Program-made: the position numbers and the translations under genes
Assembly: GCF_000143415.4 (NCBI RefSeq)
Contig: NW_003314265.1
Location: 2,242,785-2,306,784, forward strand
Reading direction: 5' to 3'
Origin: Selaginella moellendorffii
Taxonomy: Eukaryota > Plantae > Lycopodiophyta
DNA length: 64,000 nucleotides
In this document: piece after piece, positions 1-12,969 of the stretch
Layout: every line of letters begins with the position of its first letter
Position numbering within the stretch: the first letter of the stretch is position 1
Notes under the pieces: generated by a model
What the model saw: the letters and a program-made list of their open reading frames with translations, nothing else
Database searches by the model: none
What the model was told of the DNA's origin: nothing

Positions 1-777
1 CACTTTGGAGGAGCTTTGAGCCTAGATAGAAACTCGCAAATCAAAAAATAAACCAACGAAATAAACTTGAATCACCTATTCCCATTCTTCGATAAGATGG
101 AAGAACTCCCAGCGTCATAATGTAGACCCTGATATAAGGGCCTGTTTCTTCAAGCCTACAGGCAATGTTGCCAACGCAAGCGTCCTTGTAAAAAGCTGGA
201 AGGCACGAAGAAAACGTAAGAAAGGAGCTTGAATCTGAAAGAAAAGAACTGTGTCGCAAAGGAAGAAAAATCATGAAGAAGATAAGAAAAACTAGAAAAA
301 CTAGAGACTGGAAGAGTGATTTCGCTGGAAAGATACACGATCCCACAATATATCAAGTGTCATTGTAAAAAGCTGGAAGGCACGAAGAAAACGAAGAAAG
401 GAGCTTGGATCTCAACGAAAAGAACCGTGTCAAAAGAACACGTCTAGCAAAGGAAGAAAAAGTCTTGCAAGAATGCACGAACCCAGGAAGAAGAAAACAC
501 TAGAAAAACTAGAGACTGGAAAATAGAATTCGCTGGAAAGATACACGATCCGACGATATATCTATGCAAGCAGTGATAGAACACGCAAATGCGATCCATA
601 GACTGATCGATCGACCGAGATCGACTGACCTAGCTTTGTGTAGCTCCCCGCGAGCACGGCATCCCGGTAGTAAGTGTCCTTGTACTTGACCGGAAAGAGG
701 CACGCATTGAGCCGCTGGAGGCTCTGGCGGAGATCACTGGCGCTCTCGCCATCGCAAATGCGTATAGTCTCCTCCAT
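1..777 (-). CDS. NAA50: N-alpha-acetyltransferase 50 (NatE catalytic subunit)-like GNAT; 3' end runs off the window. Exons 777-630, 195-76, 21-<1
   Basis: Spliced translation LQRLNACLFPVKYKDTYY...AFYKDACVGNIACRLE...VYIMTLGVLPSYRRMGIGSKLL matches the NAA50/San motifs; canonical GT-AG junctions keep frame. Confidence 0.85.
177..560. repeat. Imperfect direct duplication (~177-352 and ~354-560) spanning the NAA50 intron-1 acceptor
   Basis: TTGTAAAAAGCTGGAAGGCACGAAGAAAACG...CTAGAGACTGGAA...TTCGCTGGAAAGATACACGATCC occurs twice. Confidence 0.85.
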
Positions 778-855
778 TAAAACCAAAATGTTTAGGGCTG
801 GCTCCATCGTGTTTGAATAACCTTTATCGTCATCGCTTCATCCAGATAGAAATCT

Positions 856-887
856 CCACGTGGCTGGACATTTCGCTGACACGTGGC
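856..887. promoter_or_regulatory. Paired G-box/ABRE elements in the divergent NAA50/MFP1 promoter
   Basis: CCACGTGGC (856-864) and GACACGTGGC (878-887) in a ~360 bp head-to-head spacer. Confidence 0.45.
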
Positions 888-1134
888 ACCTTGCTTACGA
901 AAAACCTGGACCATGAGAAACAAATGCCAACGTGTGGAAAACTGGAGCCGTACGATGGTACTTTGGACGGCCGTGATTCGGTCTTTTACCGTTGTATAAC
1001 TGCAGGGGTAGAAATTTTATTAGGGCTGACCCATTCCGGGCGATCGGGAATAAGTCTCGCTCCAATTTTCTCGTGCGGATGGATCGATCGATCGAGGTAT
1101 GAGCGGCTGCTGAGAAGTGATTGCGGACGACGAG

Positions 1135-4100
1135 ATGATCGCGGCCATGGCTGGCAACGCATTTGCGGCATCGTGCCCGTGCTCCACAGTTCACAGGCTC
1201 CGGATGTCGGAGTTTCGCAAGGATTACGATGCGCAGAGCTTCGCGATGCCGCCGGGGAGCGCCAGATCCAGGAAATCCTTCAGCGTCTCGGCCAAGAGCG
1301 AGAGAAGAGGAGCTGCTTCCACAGCGAAATCGGAGGGCAACAGGAGCTTCTCCAGGCGGTCTGTCATGGGGCTCGTCGCGTTGGTGTCGCCAGTGCTGCT
1401 TATCTCGGGAGGAGCAAAATCCGACGTTCCACACATAGAGGGTCAGTGCTTCTTTTTTCGATTTTCCTTGACTTTGTTTGCTTTGGGTTCCAGAATCCGA
1501 GAAACTGAGGCTCGACATGCTCCAATCCATCGAGAGGAGAATTGCCAGCAGGGCGGAGATATTGGCAAGCATTGAAACTCCTGCCAGTACCACTGCACCA
1601 TCTCTCAAGGAGGAAGCTATAGCTAGCGTTTCAAGTGAAGATTTATCAGTCGGCAAGGAAGTGGAGACCGTTACCCCTGCTCCATCTGTCAACGAGGAAG
1701 CTATAGCTAGCGTTTCGAGCTCTGCCCCTGAAGATTTATCAGTCGGCAAGGAAGTGGAGCGCGTCTCATCCGATATTGCAGCACTTCCGGAGTTGCAAGT
1801 TGCGGCCACTCCTCCGGTTTTATCTTCCTCGGATGAGAAAGTCGTAGAGGCAGTCACAGCTCTCGAAGAGGTAATCGAAGAACTTGCCGATGCTTGACTC
1901 ACTGTGTTTAAATTCCAGAAAAGCTCTCCGGAGAGTGGACCGCTAGGATTTTTAAATCTATTCGGTGTTGTCGGATCGGGAGTTCTTGGTGCGCTATATT
2001 GGTTGGAAGGTCAAGCTAAAAAAGCTACGAAGATGGCGTTAGCAGAGGTACATGCTATTTCTATTTGTGTCACTAGACATGGACACTCATCTGCCGTTGC
2101 GACCAGGCCAACTCGAAATTGGAAGAATCACAAGCTGCTATAATCGACATAAAGAGAAAACATCATACGGAGTTGGCTGATCAAAAGTCGGATCTTATGA
2201 ATAAGCTGACCGGATCAGAAGAAGAACGTGTAGAACTTTGCAACGAAATTACCATCCTCAAGTCGAATGCAAAGGAGATGCAGCTAAAGCTGGACAGCCA
2301 GAAAAACGTCAATCAGAACCTTGACAAGAAGGTGAAGGCCTACAGAGAAACAATCCAGGCCCTGGAGAGCAGTGTGCAAGCCGTCGAAGACAAGCTTGTG
2401 CAGGAAGAGCAGCGAAGGCAAGGTCTAGAGACCGAAGTCCGGAATGGAGGAGTTCAAATACGAGAGAGAGAAGAAAAGCTCGTTGGTCTAGAGGCAACCA
2501 TTAAGGAACAGGAAAACACCGAGCAAGAGCTACGGTCAGACATTTTCACTACGAGAACTGCGTTGGTCGACGCCGAGGACAGGATACAAAACCTCGTGAA
2601 AGAGTTGATCGTATCGCAGTCATGTCTGGAGGAGAGAGGGGACACTGTGCATGATTTGGAGGAACGTCTCGCGCAGGCAACAGCGAGAGCAGAGCAAGCG
2701 CAGCAAAGCTTGGCCAAAGCACAGGAGGAACTGACTGAGCTCCAAGCTGTGAGCAAGGAGCAGCTTCAAGTTGTAAATGCGGCACTAGCTTCCAAGGAAG
2801 GCGAAGTACAGGCAGCAAACTTGGAGCTGGATGCCGCTCGTGCCGAGGCTAAACAATCCGGCCTCGTCATAGAGAACTTCCAGCAGCAAGTGGAAGAACT
2901 GGAGCGAATTGTGGCACGGGAGCACGAGTCAGTGCAAAAGTTGACAGAAGATCTGAACTCCGCAGTCAATAGCCTTCGAGCGAAGACGAACGAGGCGTCG
3001 GCACTGGGCGCCGAGCTGACGTCCTACCAGAAGGAAATAGAGTCCCTGAGGAAGCAAAAGGAGGAGAGCAAGGCGATGACGGAGACAAAGCTGAAATCGC
3101 TGCGAGAGTCACTGCAAGCAGAGCAACTGGTGACGAGCCAGATGAAGCAGGAGCTGGACAACACGCGGACGAGCTTCCAGGCGTCGTCGATGGAGGTGAA
3201 GTCCCTGAGCGAGAAGCTGAAAGAAACGTTCCTGGTGAACAAGAAGGTGCAAGAGGAGCTGGAAGACGTCCGCCAGACGGCCGACGGCACCCTGGCTCTT
3301 CTAAACGACGAGAAGAAGAAGGTGGCACTGGCGGAGCAGCAGTACATGGAGACGCAAAAGGCTCTGGCCAGGGAGGAGCTACTCGTCCAGAGCTTGAGGT
3401 CCGAGTTCTCCAAGGCCATGGACGCCATGAACGACCTCCGCAAGCACCTCAACGCTCTGTCCAAGGACTTGCAAGACGCAAACGTCAAGGTGGCGTCGCT
3501 GGAGACGGAGAAGGCCATCCTCCAGGACGCACTCGCCAAGGAGACGAAGGTGGCCAGGAAGTTCAAGGACAAGGCGAGCTTCGCGGAGGGGGAGCTTACA
3601 AAGGTGGTGCGAGAGCGAGAAGGCTCGGTCTCCAAGGCTCGGAAGCTCGAGGACGAGCTCTCGGCGGCGGAGAGCGAGATGGGGAAGCTCAAGCAGCAGA
3701 TGGTCGTGATGGGGACCGTCATCGACTCGGCCGAGACGAGGATGGGAAGCATCCACCAGGTAAATGCCGAGGTAGCCTCTCTGGCTAGAAAGTTTGAGGG
3801 CGTCGTCTCATCTAATGTGGAACAAAAACAAACACTCAAGCGTCAGGTACTCAAGCCGCTCGTCCGTCGCTAACATAAGTTTTCTTCTCTCCTTCTCGAG
3901 AACCAGATGGATAAATTGAAGGAGCAGTCCAAGGCAGCGTCTGATATCACCAGAGAGCTCAAGAACATGAAGAGGCTGCTCAATCACTTCCAACAGGTAA
4001 GTGGTTCTAAGTTACTCTTCCAAGTTTGTTCTTGAGGTAAGTGGTTCTAAGTTTCTTAATGCTTTTCTTTGAGTTTTTCATTTTTGAGCTAATTGGTTCT

Positions 4101-4351
4101 AAGTTAGCTTCTTAGAGTTTTTTTTTTTTTTGGTTTTTCATACTTGAGCTAAGTGGTCTAAGTTACTCTTCCAAGTTTCTTCTTGAGCCCTTAGCGTTGT
4201 TTTTAATTCTCGAGAGTTTCACTAACAACCTTTGTTTCGATTTGTTCTTTCGCAGAATCTAAATGAAGCGGAGCTCGATCGAGTAGAAGCTGAGGCTGCG
4301 TTGCAAGCGGCCGTGCAGAGAAACATGGTGACAGTGTCGGAAGAAGCTTAA
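1135..4351 (+). CDS. MFP1: MAR-binding filament-like protein 1 (thylakoid-anchored coiled coil). Exons 1135-1441, 1494-1870, 1919-2047, 2107-3846, 3907-3996, 4256-4351
   Basis: Plastid transit peptide with SRR plus a hydrophobic stretch; TM segment FLNLFGVVGSGVLGALYWLE typical of MFP1; ~600 aa heptad coiled coil; junctions in frame. Confidence 0.8.
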
Positions 4352-4514
4352 AACAGGAAGATCTTCCAACGTGTATAGTAAAACTTGCTTACTTTATAGA
4401 ATATTCTGTTACAAGAATCTGCCGTCAGTGCAGGAATATACCGTTGTTTGAATGAGGGCAAAGACCAGTGAGTCATATTGTTTTTTCTTCTTGTGCGCTT
4501 GGCGGGCGAGAGCT

Positions 4515-5708
4515 ATGGAAATCCCCGAGAATCTCAAGGAGCGATTCACTGCGATGGGGAGCAAGCTCAAGATCGGCGGCGCCGAGGTCGGCCGCAAGGT
4601 CTCGGCGCAGATGACCGTGGTGGGAGGTAGGGTCAAGGAGCTGTTCCAGCCGCCATCGCCGAGCGAGCGGATGATCGAGGAGGCGACGGCCGCGAACCTG
4701 CGATCGCCGGACTGGGGGAGGTTCATGGAAATCTGCGACATGCTTGGCGATGGCCGGGTCTCCGGGCAGGACGTGGCGCGCGGGATCAAGAAGAGGATCG
4801 CGAACAAGAATGCGGGCGTTCAGCTGCTGGCGCTGGCGCTGCTGGAGGCGTGCGTCAAGAACCACGAGAAGATGTTCTCAGAGATTGCGTCGGAGAGGAT
4901 TCTGGACGACATGGTGAGGATGGCCGAGGATCCACAGGCGTGGCCGCGCTGCCGGGACAAGGCGCTGGCGATGATCGAGGCCTGGGGTGAGGCTACCGAG
5001 GAGCTTGGCTACTTGCCCGTCTACGAGGAGACTTACAAGGTAAGAGAAGGAAAGAGCTTTTATTTTCTAGAGCTCGGTTGCTTAGTTTTAACTTCTTTTC
5101 CAGAGCATGAGAGCACGGGGAGTGAGATTTCCTGGCCGCGACCCTTCGAGCTTGTCTCCCATCTTTACGCCCAAATCGTCACCTTCGGCTCCTTCTCTGC
5201 CGGATAGCGCGAGTGGTTTCTCCGGGGCTAGCGTGATCAACATGGGACGTCTTTCGGACAGTGCCACTTTGGACGTTGCCAAGAACAGCGTCGAAGTTCT
5301 CTCAAACGTACTAACATCCTCCAATCAGCACCAGGATGTTTCCAAAGTGAGTGTTTCCAAAGCCTTTTCGTTTGGTTTTTATATTATGCCTTCTCCTGGA
5401 TGTTCCAGGACGAGCTTACCATGTCTTTGGTCGAGCAATGCAAGCAAGCGCAGCGTAGAGTGCAGCAAGTAGCTCAAAGAGCTGGCGAGGGCGACCCCAT
5501 ACTCTTCCAGGCACTGGCCGTGAACGACGAGCTAGACCAGGTTCTTGAGAAGTTTAGCGAGTTCTGTGTCTCGTCCTCTTCGTCGCAGCAAAGCAAGCCA
5601 GCGGAACCGGCTCTCGTGACAGCCTTCGTCCAGGAAGATCAGAGCTATGACCCGCTATCAGATCTCGACGAAGAAGAGGAAGTGGCAAAGGCGCACCGAA
5701 AGGTGTGA
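4515..5708 (+). CDS. TOM1-like (TOL) VHS-GAT protein. Exons 4515-5039, 5104-5346, 5409-5708
   Basis: VHS domain (IEEATAANLRSPDWGRFMEICD...VQLLALALLEACVKN) and GAT domain (DELTMSLVEQCKQAQRRV...LFQALAVNDELDQVL). Confidence 0.9.
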
Positions 5709-5809
5709 TGAAAGATTATCATCGTGGTTTCATATTGCTCCCTCTTTTTGTAGGAACCGAACGATCATATATACAATCGCCGCTAAAGAGACTTCGCAGC
5801 CATTCTTTC

Positions 5810-7070
5810 TCACGGATTTTTGGGATGCTCTTCGCTGGTCTTGGCCTGCTCTGGATCGTTCTCCAGGGCTTCGTAGGTGTTAGCGGGATTCTCCTCGACC
5901 TTGTCAGCTTCGTAGTAGAGGAAGTAGTGCTGGAAGACGAAGAGAATGTCGAAGGCGATACTTTCCTACAGAGAACGCGAAAGATTAGAATCACAGTACC
6001 GAGAGCAAACATACCAGCGAGAGTCCCAGTTTGCCAACGTTCCCGGAGAAGTTCTCGGTGGAGTCTGCGATTGGAGAGCCAGATCTTTAAACGAGAACGA
6101 AAACTGGAAAGGCTTACGTTGGTCGATGGATTGCACGGCCATCTGGAGAATGTTGGCGATTCCACCCGACAAGTCCAGGAGAATGTTTCCTATGCTCCAG
6201 CCAACGGTGCTCTTCCTCCTGAAGTTCATCCAGGCCTGAGTTTTAATCGCATGAAAACGGTGTTGTTAACACTCTGTGTGATGTGATTTGCAGGGAAGTT
6301 TACCTGAGGGATGTACTTGATCGCTGTCATCACCAGTTGTATGATGCTGCGCAAGGATTTTTCATGCCAAGAATGTTCACAGAAAGAGAATTGGATCTTA
6401 CTTGAAAACTTGGACGAGCCACAGCCAGCGGCCGCTGGGAAATGCTACGATGAGACAGATCAATCCGGCTAGCCAAGCTCCCAGGGACACCAAAGCTCCG
6501 GCCTTGGACACCCTTTGTCCTCCTCTCTAAAGCGACACAAACGTAAGCTTGTCACCTTCTTCTTCTTTCTTACCTCATACAGGAAAACTTGCAGGATAGT
6601 GAATCCTGTGAGGAGCACGGCATGGATCGAGAAAGCAACGTCGTTTGGAGCAACTGGAATCATCTGGAAGGTGAAAAAACGGAAAAAACGATTCAGTGTT
6701 CTTCGTCTGTTGCTCAATTACGCACCTCATCAGCGCCATACTTGTCGTGGTACTGCCTTTGGACGACAGGGCTGAAGAAGACGGCGGCGTTGTAGATGAG
6801 ATACGAGGAATGCTTGGTGAAGTTGAGCAACAGGAAATCGAAGTTGAGCCCCACGACGCTGCAAGCAATCGAAAACTAGCTCGAGAAAAGGAAGCAAAAA
6901 ACGCAAAGGGGAGGGAGCGAGGAAGTATTCTTCCCGCGATCGAATGCGTACCTCTTTCGCCGGAAATTGAGCAGCACTTGCGGATAGAAGCTGATCGACC
7001 ACACCGTGAATGCAAACCATCCGAGAATTTGATAGATCACGGCCAAGGCGCTGGAATGCCAAGACGCCAT
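5810..7070 (-). CDS. Cystinosin homolog (PQ-loop vacuolar cystine/H+ transporter), copy 1, 8 exons
   Basis: [61 protein letters not shown] and [10 protein letters not shown] are cystinosin hallmarks. Confidence 0.92.
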
Positions 7071-7299
7071 TCTTTCTCCCTCGACAACCCCTAATCAACT
7101 TCACGAATCTTATGTACACCCCCGAGGTTCCTTGTACCTGGCCCAAAACCCAGGGGGACAATCCTAGCCGTTCGATAATCTGAAATGAATTGGCATTAAT
7201 TTGTTTGAAAATTTCACGACACATTTGAATGATGGCTGCTCGTACCAAGAGATCTAGCTACTTTGGGACTTTGTTTTAAAACTTTTCTCAGCTTATATC

Positions 7300-8590
7300 T
7301 ATCTATCTATATTTTGTTTTGGTAGTCTTGTGGTGCCCAACAACAAAGCATGAGACTATGCAAACAAATTTGCAAGTTTGTTGTATGTACCTTGGATCCT
7401 CTTGAAGTTCGTGTCTTCACGTCCATATGCTTAGAACCTAGCCAAAGCCTGTTTGATGCCACTGTAACTACTAGAGTGAGTAAACTCCATACCCTCAATT
7501 TGTGTGAAGCCTCTAGTGACCAGTCTCGCTTTGAAACGCACGACCTCACCACCTGGACCCAGCTTCATGCACAAGATCAGCTTCAAGGATACCACATGAT
7601 GTGGACGAAACCATGTCTGATTGTGGTGATTGTGATGAGCTTGATTAACAGCTGCCAGGCTACTGCCAGCTATTATGCTGCTTGAGGAGACGTCTTAGCT
7701 TCAAGGATTGTGGAAGGAAGCTGTTTCTTAGCAGCAGTAAACATGGCTTGACGAGGATTAAAACTCGTATCTGTGTCTTCTCAACAAGCTCTTGATAATA
7801 CTCTGTTCCCCTAGATATATATAAAACCAGGAACACCTAACACGCTCAGGAGCAGGAGGATCTAGTATCACTGGTGCACCACAGCTAGCTCGTTGTAAAT
7901 CACCATCCACTTTAGTTGGGAGAAGGGTTTAGGGGCACTCTGAGTGAAGAAGTTGTTGATTGTATGCTCTCCCCTGAAGAGTCAGTAGCTGAATACTCTA
8001 CCCTGAAGTTGAAGCACCACGAGAATTCTGCTGAAGAGACACCTGCCAAAACTAGAAACTCTTTGTCTTCATCCTTCCAAGGAGTCAGAGGCATAGATGC
8101 TGGAATGCCTGGAGGTTCTCTAGCTGGAGGTAACACAGCTTTGTCGTGAAGTTGAGAGTACATGTGATTCTCATGAAACACCACATGTATGCTAACCAGC
8201 TCAATCCAGCAATCCAAGTCCAGCAATTGATAAGTTTTATAAATGTCATCATAGCTGATGAAGACACTGGACTTCACATCCAATTTATGCCTCTCGTCTG
8301 GGATATGAGCAACAGCCAAATCTACGAAGTTATTTCCCCATGCCTGTTCAAGTACTATGGTTAACATCTTATTTAGGACATACACTTCTGTAACCACAGT
8401 ACAATCCCAAAAGCTTGGTAGGAGAGATGAGTCATAGCTGTCATAGCAGTTGAAGCCTTCAACCACCCCGTTCATCCAAGGAGTATATGGGACTGTGACT
8501 TATCTCTGGATTCCTACTTTCTCACATAACACTGCAAAAGCTCTAGAAGTGTATTCGCCACCCCATCATCAATAAAAACCTTTTCTTTTG
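7300..8590 (-). mobile_element. Degenerate Ty1/copia pol remnant (integrase then RT)
   Basis: Minus strand reads GEYTSRAF...VPYTPWMNGVVEGFN (integrase), HVVFHE, then VVRFKARLVTRGFTQIEG and HMDVKT (copia RT), with stops and frameshifts; INT-before-RT order is copia. Confidence 0.8.
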
Positions 8591-8649
8591 ACATGAAACA
8601 ATCTACAAACATCATTTAAGCCATCTGAATAAAAGGTGATTAATCTTGT

Positions 8650-10560
8650 GTCAAGCCAAATATCTATTGCTCCCCCTTGGTGTCTTAGCTCCAGCGATCC
8701 AGGCATAAAATCTTGGGGTCAAGATATTGGCTTCTAGTGGCTTAAACCAAAGGAAGACACCAGATACTTAGGGATTCAGGTTGGAACAAGATTCAGCACA
8801 ACACTTCAGGATGACACCCTGCTCCGGAAGATACAAACATCAATACAGAAATGGGCTTCTAAGATACTTGGTTTGCCAACGAGAGTGGCTGTGGCCAGGA
8901 GTGTCATCTTGCCCAATATTTGGTACCACCTCTTGATCTGGCCAGTTCTTGAACACACTCTTAAAAAGGTATGCACAATGGTACATAAATATGTGTTGCA
9001 GGGTGTGCCACAGGGCGAATCATGGCAAAGGTTGTGTGGCAGTCCATAGCACGCCCAAGAGTGTTAGGAGGACTTGGAATTATCAACCCGAGTGACATGG
9101 CAAAGGCATTACAATACAAGATTCTCTTACTGGGCCTCCAACCAGGTAACCAACCGTGGAGACTTATGTTCAAGCAGAGTTTGCTTGCAATCCAACCTAG
9201 GCATAACATTGTGAGATAGTGGGCAGAAGATCCACATTGGTTATTTGCTAAAGGGCCAAAGCAAGTAGTCAAAAGAGGCATATTGGTCCAAAGGATTCTC
9301 AGGCTGTGGTGTGAGTTTCTAGTTAGCTGAGAGCTACTAAAGGACTCTCAAGCAATTGATGGGAATGTTAGACAAGGATGTGAGGAAGACAATAAAGTGC
9401 ATATAAGTCTTCAATCTAGAGTAGTCGAGGAAAGTTCATCTAGACCTTTTTTGCATCATTAGCACAGTGAGTGAAGCAAAGAGGGGGCAGTTTTGGCCCA
9501 GCTAAGGCCTCAAACTTGGAGATTTTGTAGCATTGCAATGCAATGCTGAACTGGACGGGGAGTGAGTTAGATTAGGAGCCTGGATATGGGCATTCACAGC
9601 ACTTACACTAGCATAAGACAATGGAGATGTGGAGGTATGGTTTGTAGTATCTTCTGAACAGAATGTAGGTCATCCCTTTTGTGTTGTGAGAGGCAATATG
9701 CTGTTGCCAGACGGGGACAAATAGGCCATGTTAATGGTGATGGATGATAAAGGGTAGGATTTTAGTAGTACAATAGGCCCCAAAGCAATTGGTAGTGGTT
9801 CAGTCAAAGGCCATAGTCGAGGGGGATGACACCCTTAGTTGGTAGTGACAGCAGTTCATTGAGGATTTGAATTTGGATATTGTAGTATGGAAATGTGGCA
9901 TGAGGAGTTTCTTCTCATTTGAAGTCAAGGAAGTGCAAGATGGCCTCTTGACAAGTAGGGAGGAAGCTCGTGGGGAGATCCCCAATCTTTGGAGGAGGTG
10001 GATCGAGCAAGGAGTTAAGGCAAATTAAGTGGTGGGCAATACACCTGCTTTTTGGAAACTACTCGTACAACAGAAAGTCAAGGCCACCTCTTGGTTGGTA
10101 GCAAACAATGGGTTGCCAATGGGCCAACAATTCCAGGAGGAAGCATGCTAATGATACAAGGAGTGTGGCAAACTAGAGATGATACAACACATTTTGTGGG
10201 ACTACAATATGGCAAGAGAGGTATAACGTCAAATTCTCAAAGTGTCACAAGAATTAGGAGATGTTCTAGAGTTTCAAACTCGGAGTGGGGACGTTCTCCA
10301 TTGGTTTGAAGGAGCTTGAGGTCCGGCCACTAGTTCAGTGTGGAGACATATTCAACATTGAGGTCGACATGGATGGAGCATGCAAGTTTGGTGGGACATG
10401 ATAGGGGTTGAAGTTGGTATATCCGTATGGGAGGCAATGGGCCACAAGTGTTAGTTTATTTGGAGAGCCACAAGGGTGCAAGCACTTTGGGAGGGAGGCA
10501 CAGAACCATTATCACTTCGATAGACAATTGTCGCAAATATGACTTTAGGTATTGAAAGTT
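8650..10560 (+). mobile_element. Degenerate non-LTR (L1-like LINE) ORF2 3' remnant
   Basis: RYLGIQVG, KIQTSIQKWASKIL...VAVARSVILPNIWY and AKVVWQSIARPRVLGGLGI are typical post-RT L1 motifs; many stops; boundaries approximate. Confidence 0.7.
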
Positions 10561-11272
10561 ACTTGTCGGCTAGTCCTTACGGACACTCTTTTCTTACTGC
10601 CACGATGGCAAAAAGTCGGTATTGCTAGTTCCCTTTATCAACCCCTCTTGTTCAAGTGTTAGTAAACAAGGTTTAGCATCTGTACTTAGCCAAATGGACA
10701 TAAGGTAGGAACTCCTATATATTTCTAGCTTAGCATACTTGGCCTGGCTCTTAGTTCTCTTTTGCTTTGTTTTGCACTGGCTTAACAAGAACCCTCGCGT
10801 ATTGAGATTAGTCCCTCAATATCGTTGGATGATAGCTTACTGTGTCTGCTAAACACCCTCGCTATCATGCCCTTTGTGTTAGTCTTATTTCGGTCCCAAA
10901 TGCTATTTATAGAAAGTGTCTAGATTTGCTCATTGGGTATATCTATGGAATGTAGAGATTGTCTTGAACACAATAGTGTTCGTCCCATGTCCAAATTCAC
11001 AATCTAGTGCTATTCCATATTTAGTAAGTTTCGAGCTTGTCTTAGAAACTAACTCCTGATACTAAGAGAGGCTTGGGGTGAAAGCCCAAAGCGTGTGTTC
11101 CTCAAAAGCGAGGGGGGGGTAATGGCAGTTCCAAATGTATAGTAGGGATAGTGGGTAGGTTAGACATGGCCGACCAACCTAAGGCATAGTCTAGCTCCCA
11201 CTTGCGTGTTTGTCTGTAAGCTCCTGAATTTGAACTTCCCGGTAAGTCAGTAATATTCAAACCCAAGGACAC

Positions 11273-12969
11273 TGTAGGCGACTAAATTTTCCATTCTACT
11301 TTAGTCACTTAACCACACCTCCAATCACTTGGAGGAGTCTCACTCACAACCTCCATAAGTCCTATTTCAGACTTGGGCTTGCTAGCCCCGAGAATGGCAT
11401 CCCCACCACTCAACCTTTGCACTTGATCCAAGTGCTCCACGTGTCTGATCCCATGACCGACACCCCAAAGTACCACTGACATATCAGCCCGTTACGCTAA
11501 GGCCATGCCCCTTTACCTTGGTCACACCAGCGGTCTAACACCACCTACATCACAGTCCCATTTCTCAAGGACTGAGCCATCCGTCCATGAATGTTCATTC
11601 CAGATCCACTCCTTAGCATCCTTAAGATGCTCATAGACATGGGGAATAGCCTTCCCCAATACCCCTTTTCCGGTCTTCACCAAGTCCCGTTCTGCCCATA
11701 GCCGTGTTCACCAACACTGCCATTGGATCGAGGCCCACAGGCCTGACCACTAAGTCCCACAGTCCTCTGGGACTTCCTCACCACTCGACTATATCCTTGG
11801 TCACTACACCGGAGGACTACTCCTCTTCCTTTCCACAATCTAGGCCTTTGGGACAACATTTCGGAACACCATGGCCCTACGCGGGCCTCATGGGTACTCT
11901 CCCCGCTTTCCGCCTTTGGGTGCTCTAGCCATGGGCTTAGAGCGAGGTTCCGTTGAGCCACACCTGGTATCCAAGTAGGTAGTGTCACCCACACTTGGAC
12001 TAGGAGCATCGGCCAGTCGATCTCCCGGGGGAACTAGAGCCGGCTCTTGAACACTTCACCAAGCTACCCCGCTTGTCGGTCCGTATTCACTCTAGTCTTG
12101 GACTTCCCAGTGGTCAGTTCATCACCCAACACTGGGTATGGCCTTCCCGAGCCAAACTAGCCTTTCCTGGCCCAAACTGGCCTTTCCTGGCCAAATTGGC
12201 TCCACTGGGCTCCAACCCCCACCCTCTCCCTACTATACTTTTGGAACCCCCCGCAGCCCCCCCCCGGGGGACGATCGCTTTGGGCTTTCACCCAACTGCC
12301 TGTATTAGTATTCGGACTCGGACTCGGGCTCGAACTCGGACTCGGTCTCGGTCCCGATTTCGGACTCGGACTCAGTCTCGGTCTCGGTCCCGATTTCGGA
12401 CTCGGACTCAGTCTCGGTCTCGGTCTTGGCCTCAGTCTCGGTCTCAGTCTCGGTCTCGGTCTCGGTTCCACCTCGGACTCCATCTCGGACTCCATCTCGG
12501 GTCCATCTCAGACTCCATCTCGGACTCCATCTCGGGTCCATCTCGGACTCCATCTCAGATCCATCTCGGACTCCATCTCGGACTCCATCTCAGACTCCAT
12601 CTCGGACTCCATCTCAGACTCCATCTCGGACTCCATCTCGGGTCCATCTTGGACTCCATCTCGGGTCCATCTCAGACTCCATCTCGGACTCCATATTGGA
12701 CTCCAACTCGGGTCCGCCTCAGACTCCATCTCGGACACTTCCACGTGTCATGTGTTGGTCCTTTTTGGGTCCCTTTTTGGAGCCTTGCTTATTGCTCGCT
12801 TCGTGCTCGCTCCTTGAGCTCTTTGTTGGGAGTTCCACTCCCACTCTCGACCTTCCAAGTCAGAGCTTTTAGTCCAAACGTGTTACACTCGTTTGACTTT
12901 CACTTCGGCCACTACCACGTGGCACCCTTTCGGGCTCCACTTTGGGGCCTAGGGATTTTGTGTTTCACA
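11273..12969 (-). repeat. 3' LTR
   Basis: Begins TGTAGGCGACTAAA and ends GTGTTTCACA; aligns with 16583-18320. Confidence 0.9.
12311..12738. repeat. 6/12-bp tandem array (TCGGAC/TCGGTC, then CTCGGACTCCAT) inside the 3' LTR
   Basis: Directly visible; it generates the MESEMESE and SISD pseudo-ORFs. Confidence 0.95.

Noticed and set aside
895-3839. Long antisense ORFs over MFP1 (and likewise over GCP3, WEB and TL19)
   Set aside because: Shadow frames of GC-rich, codon-biased sense genes with no independent motifs
12311-12738. Repeat array as a possible CRISPR
   Set aside because: Head-to-tail units with no unique spacers, eukaryotic context, no cas genes
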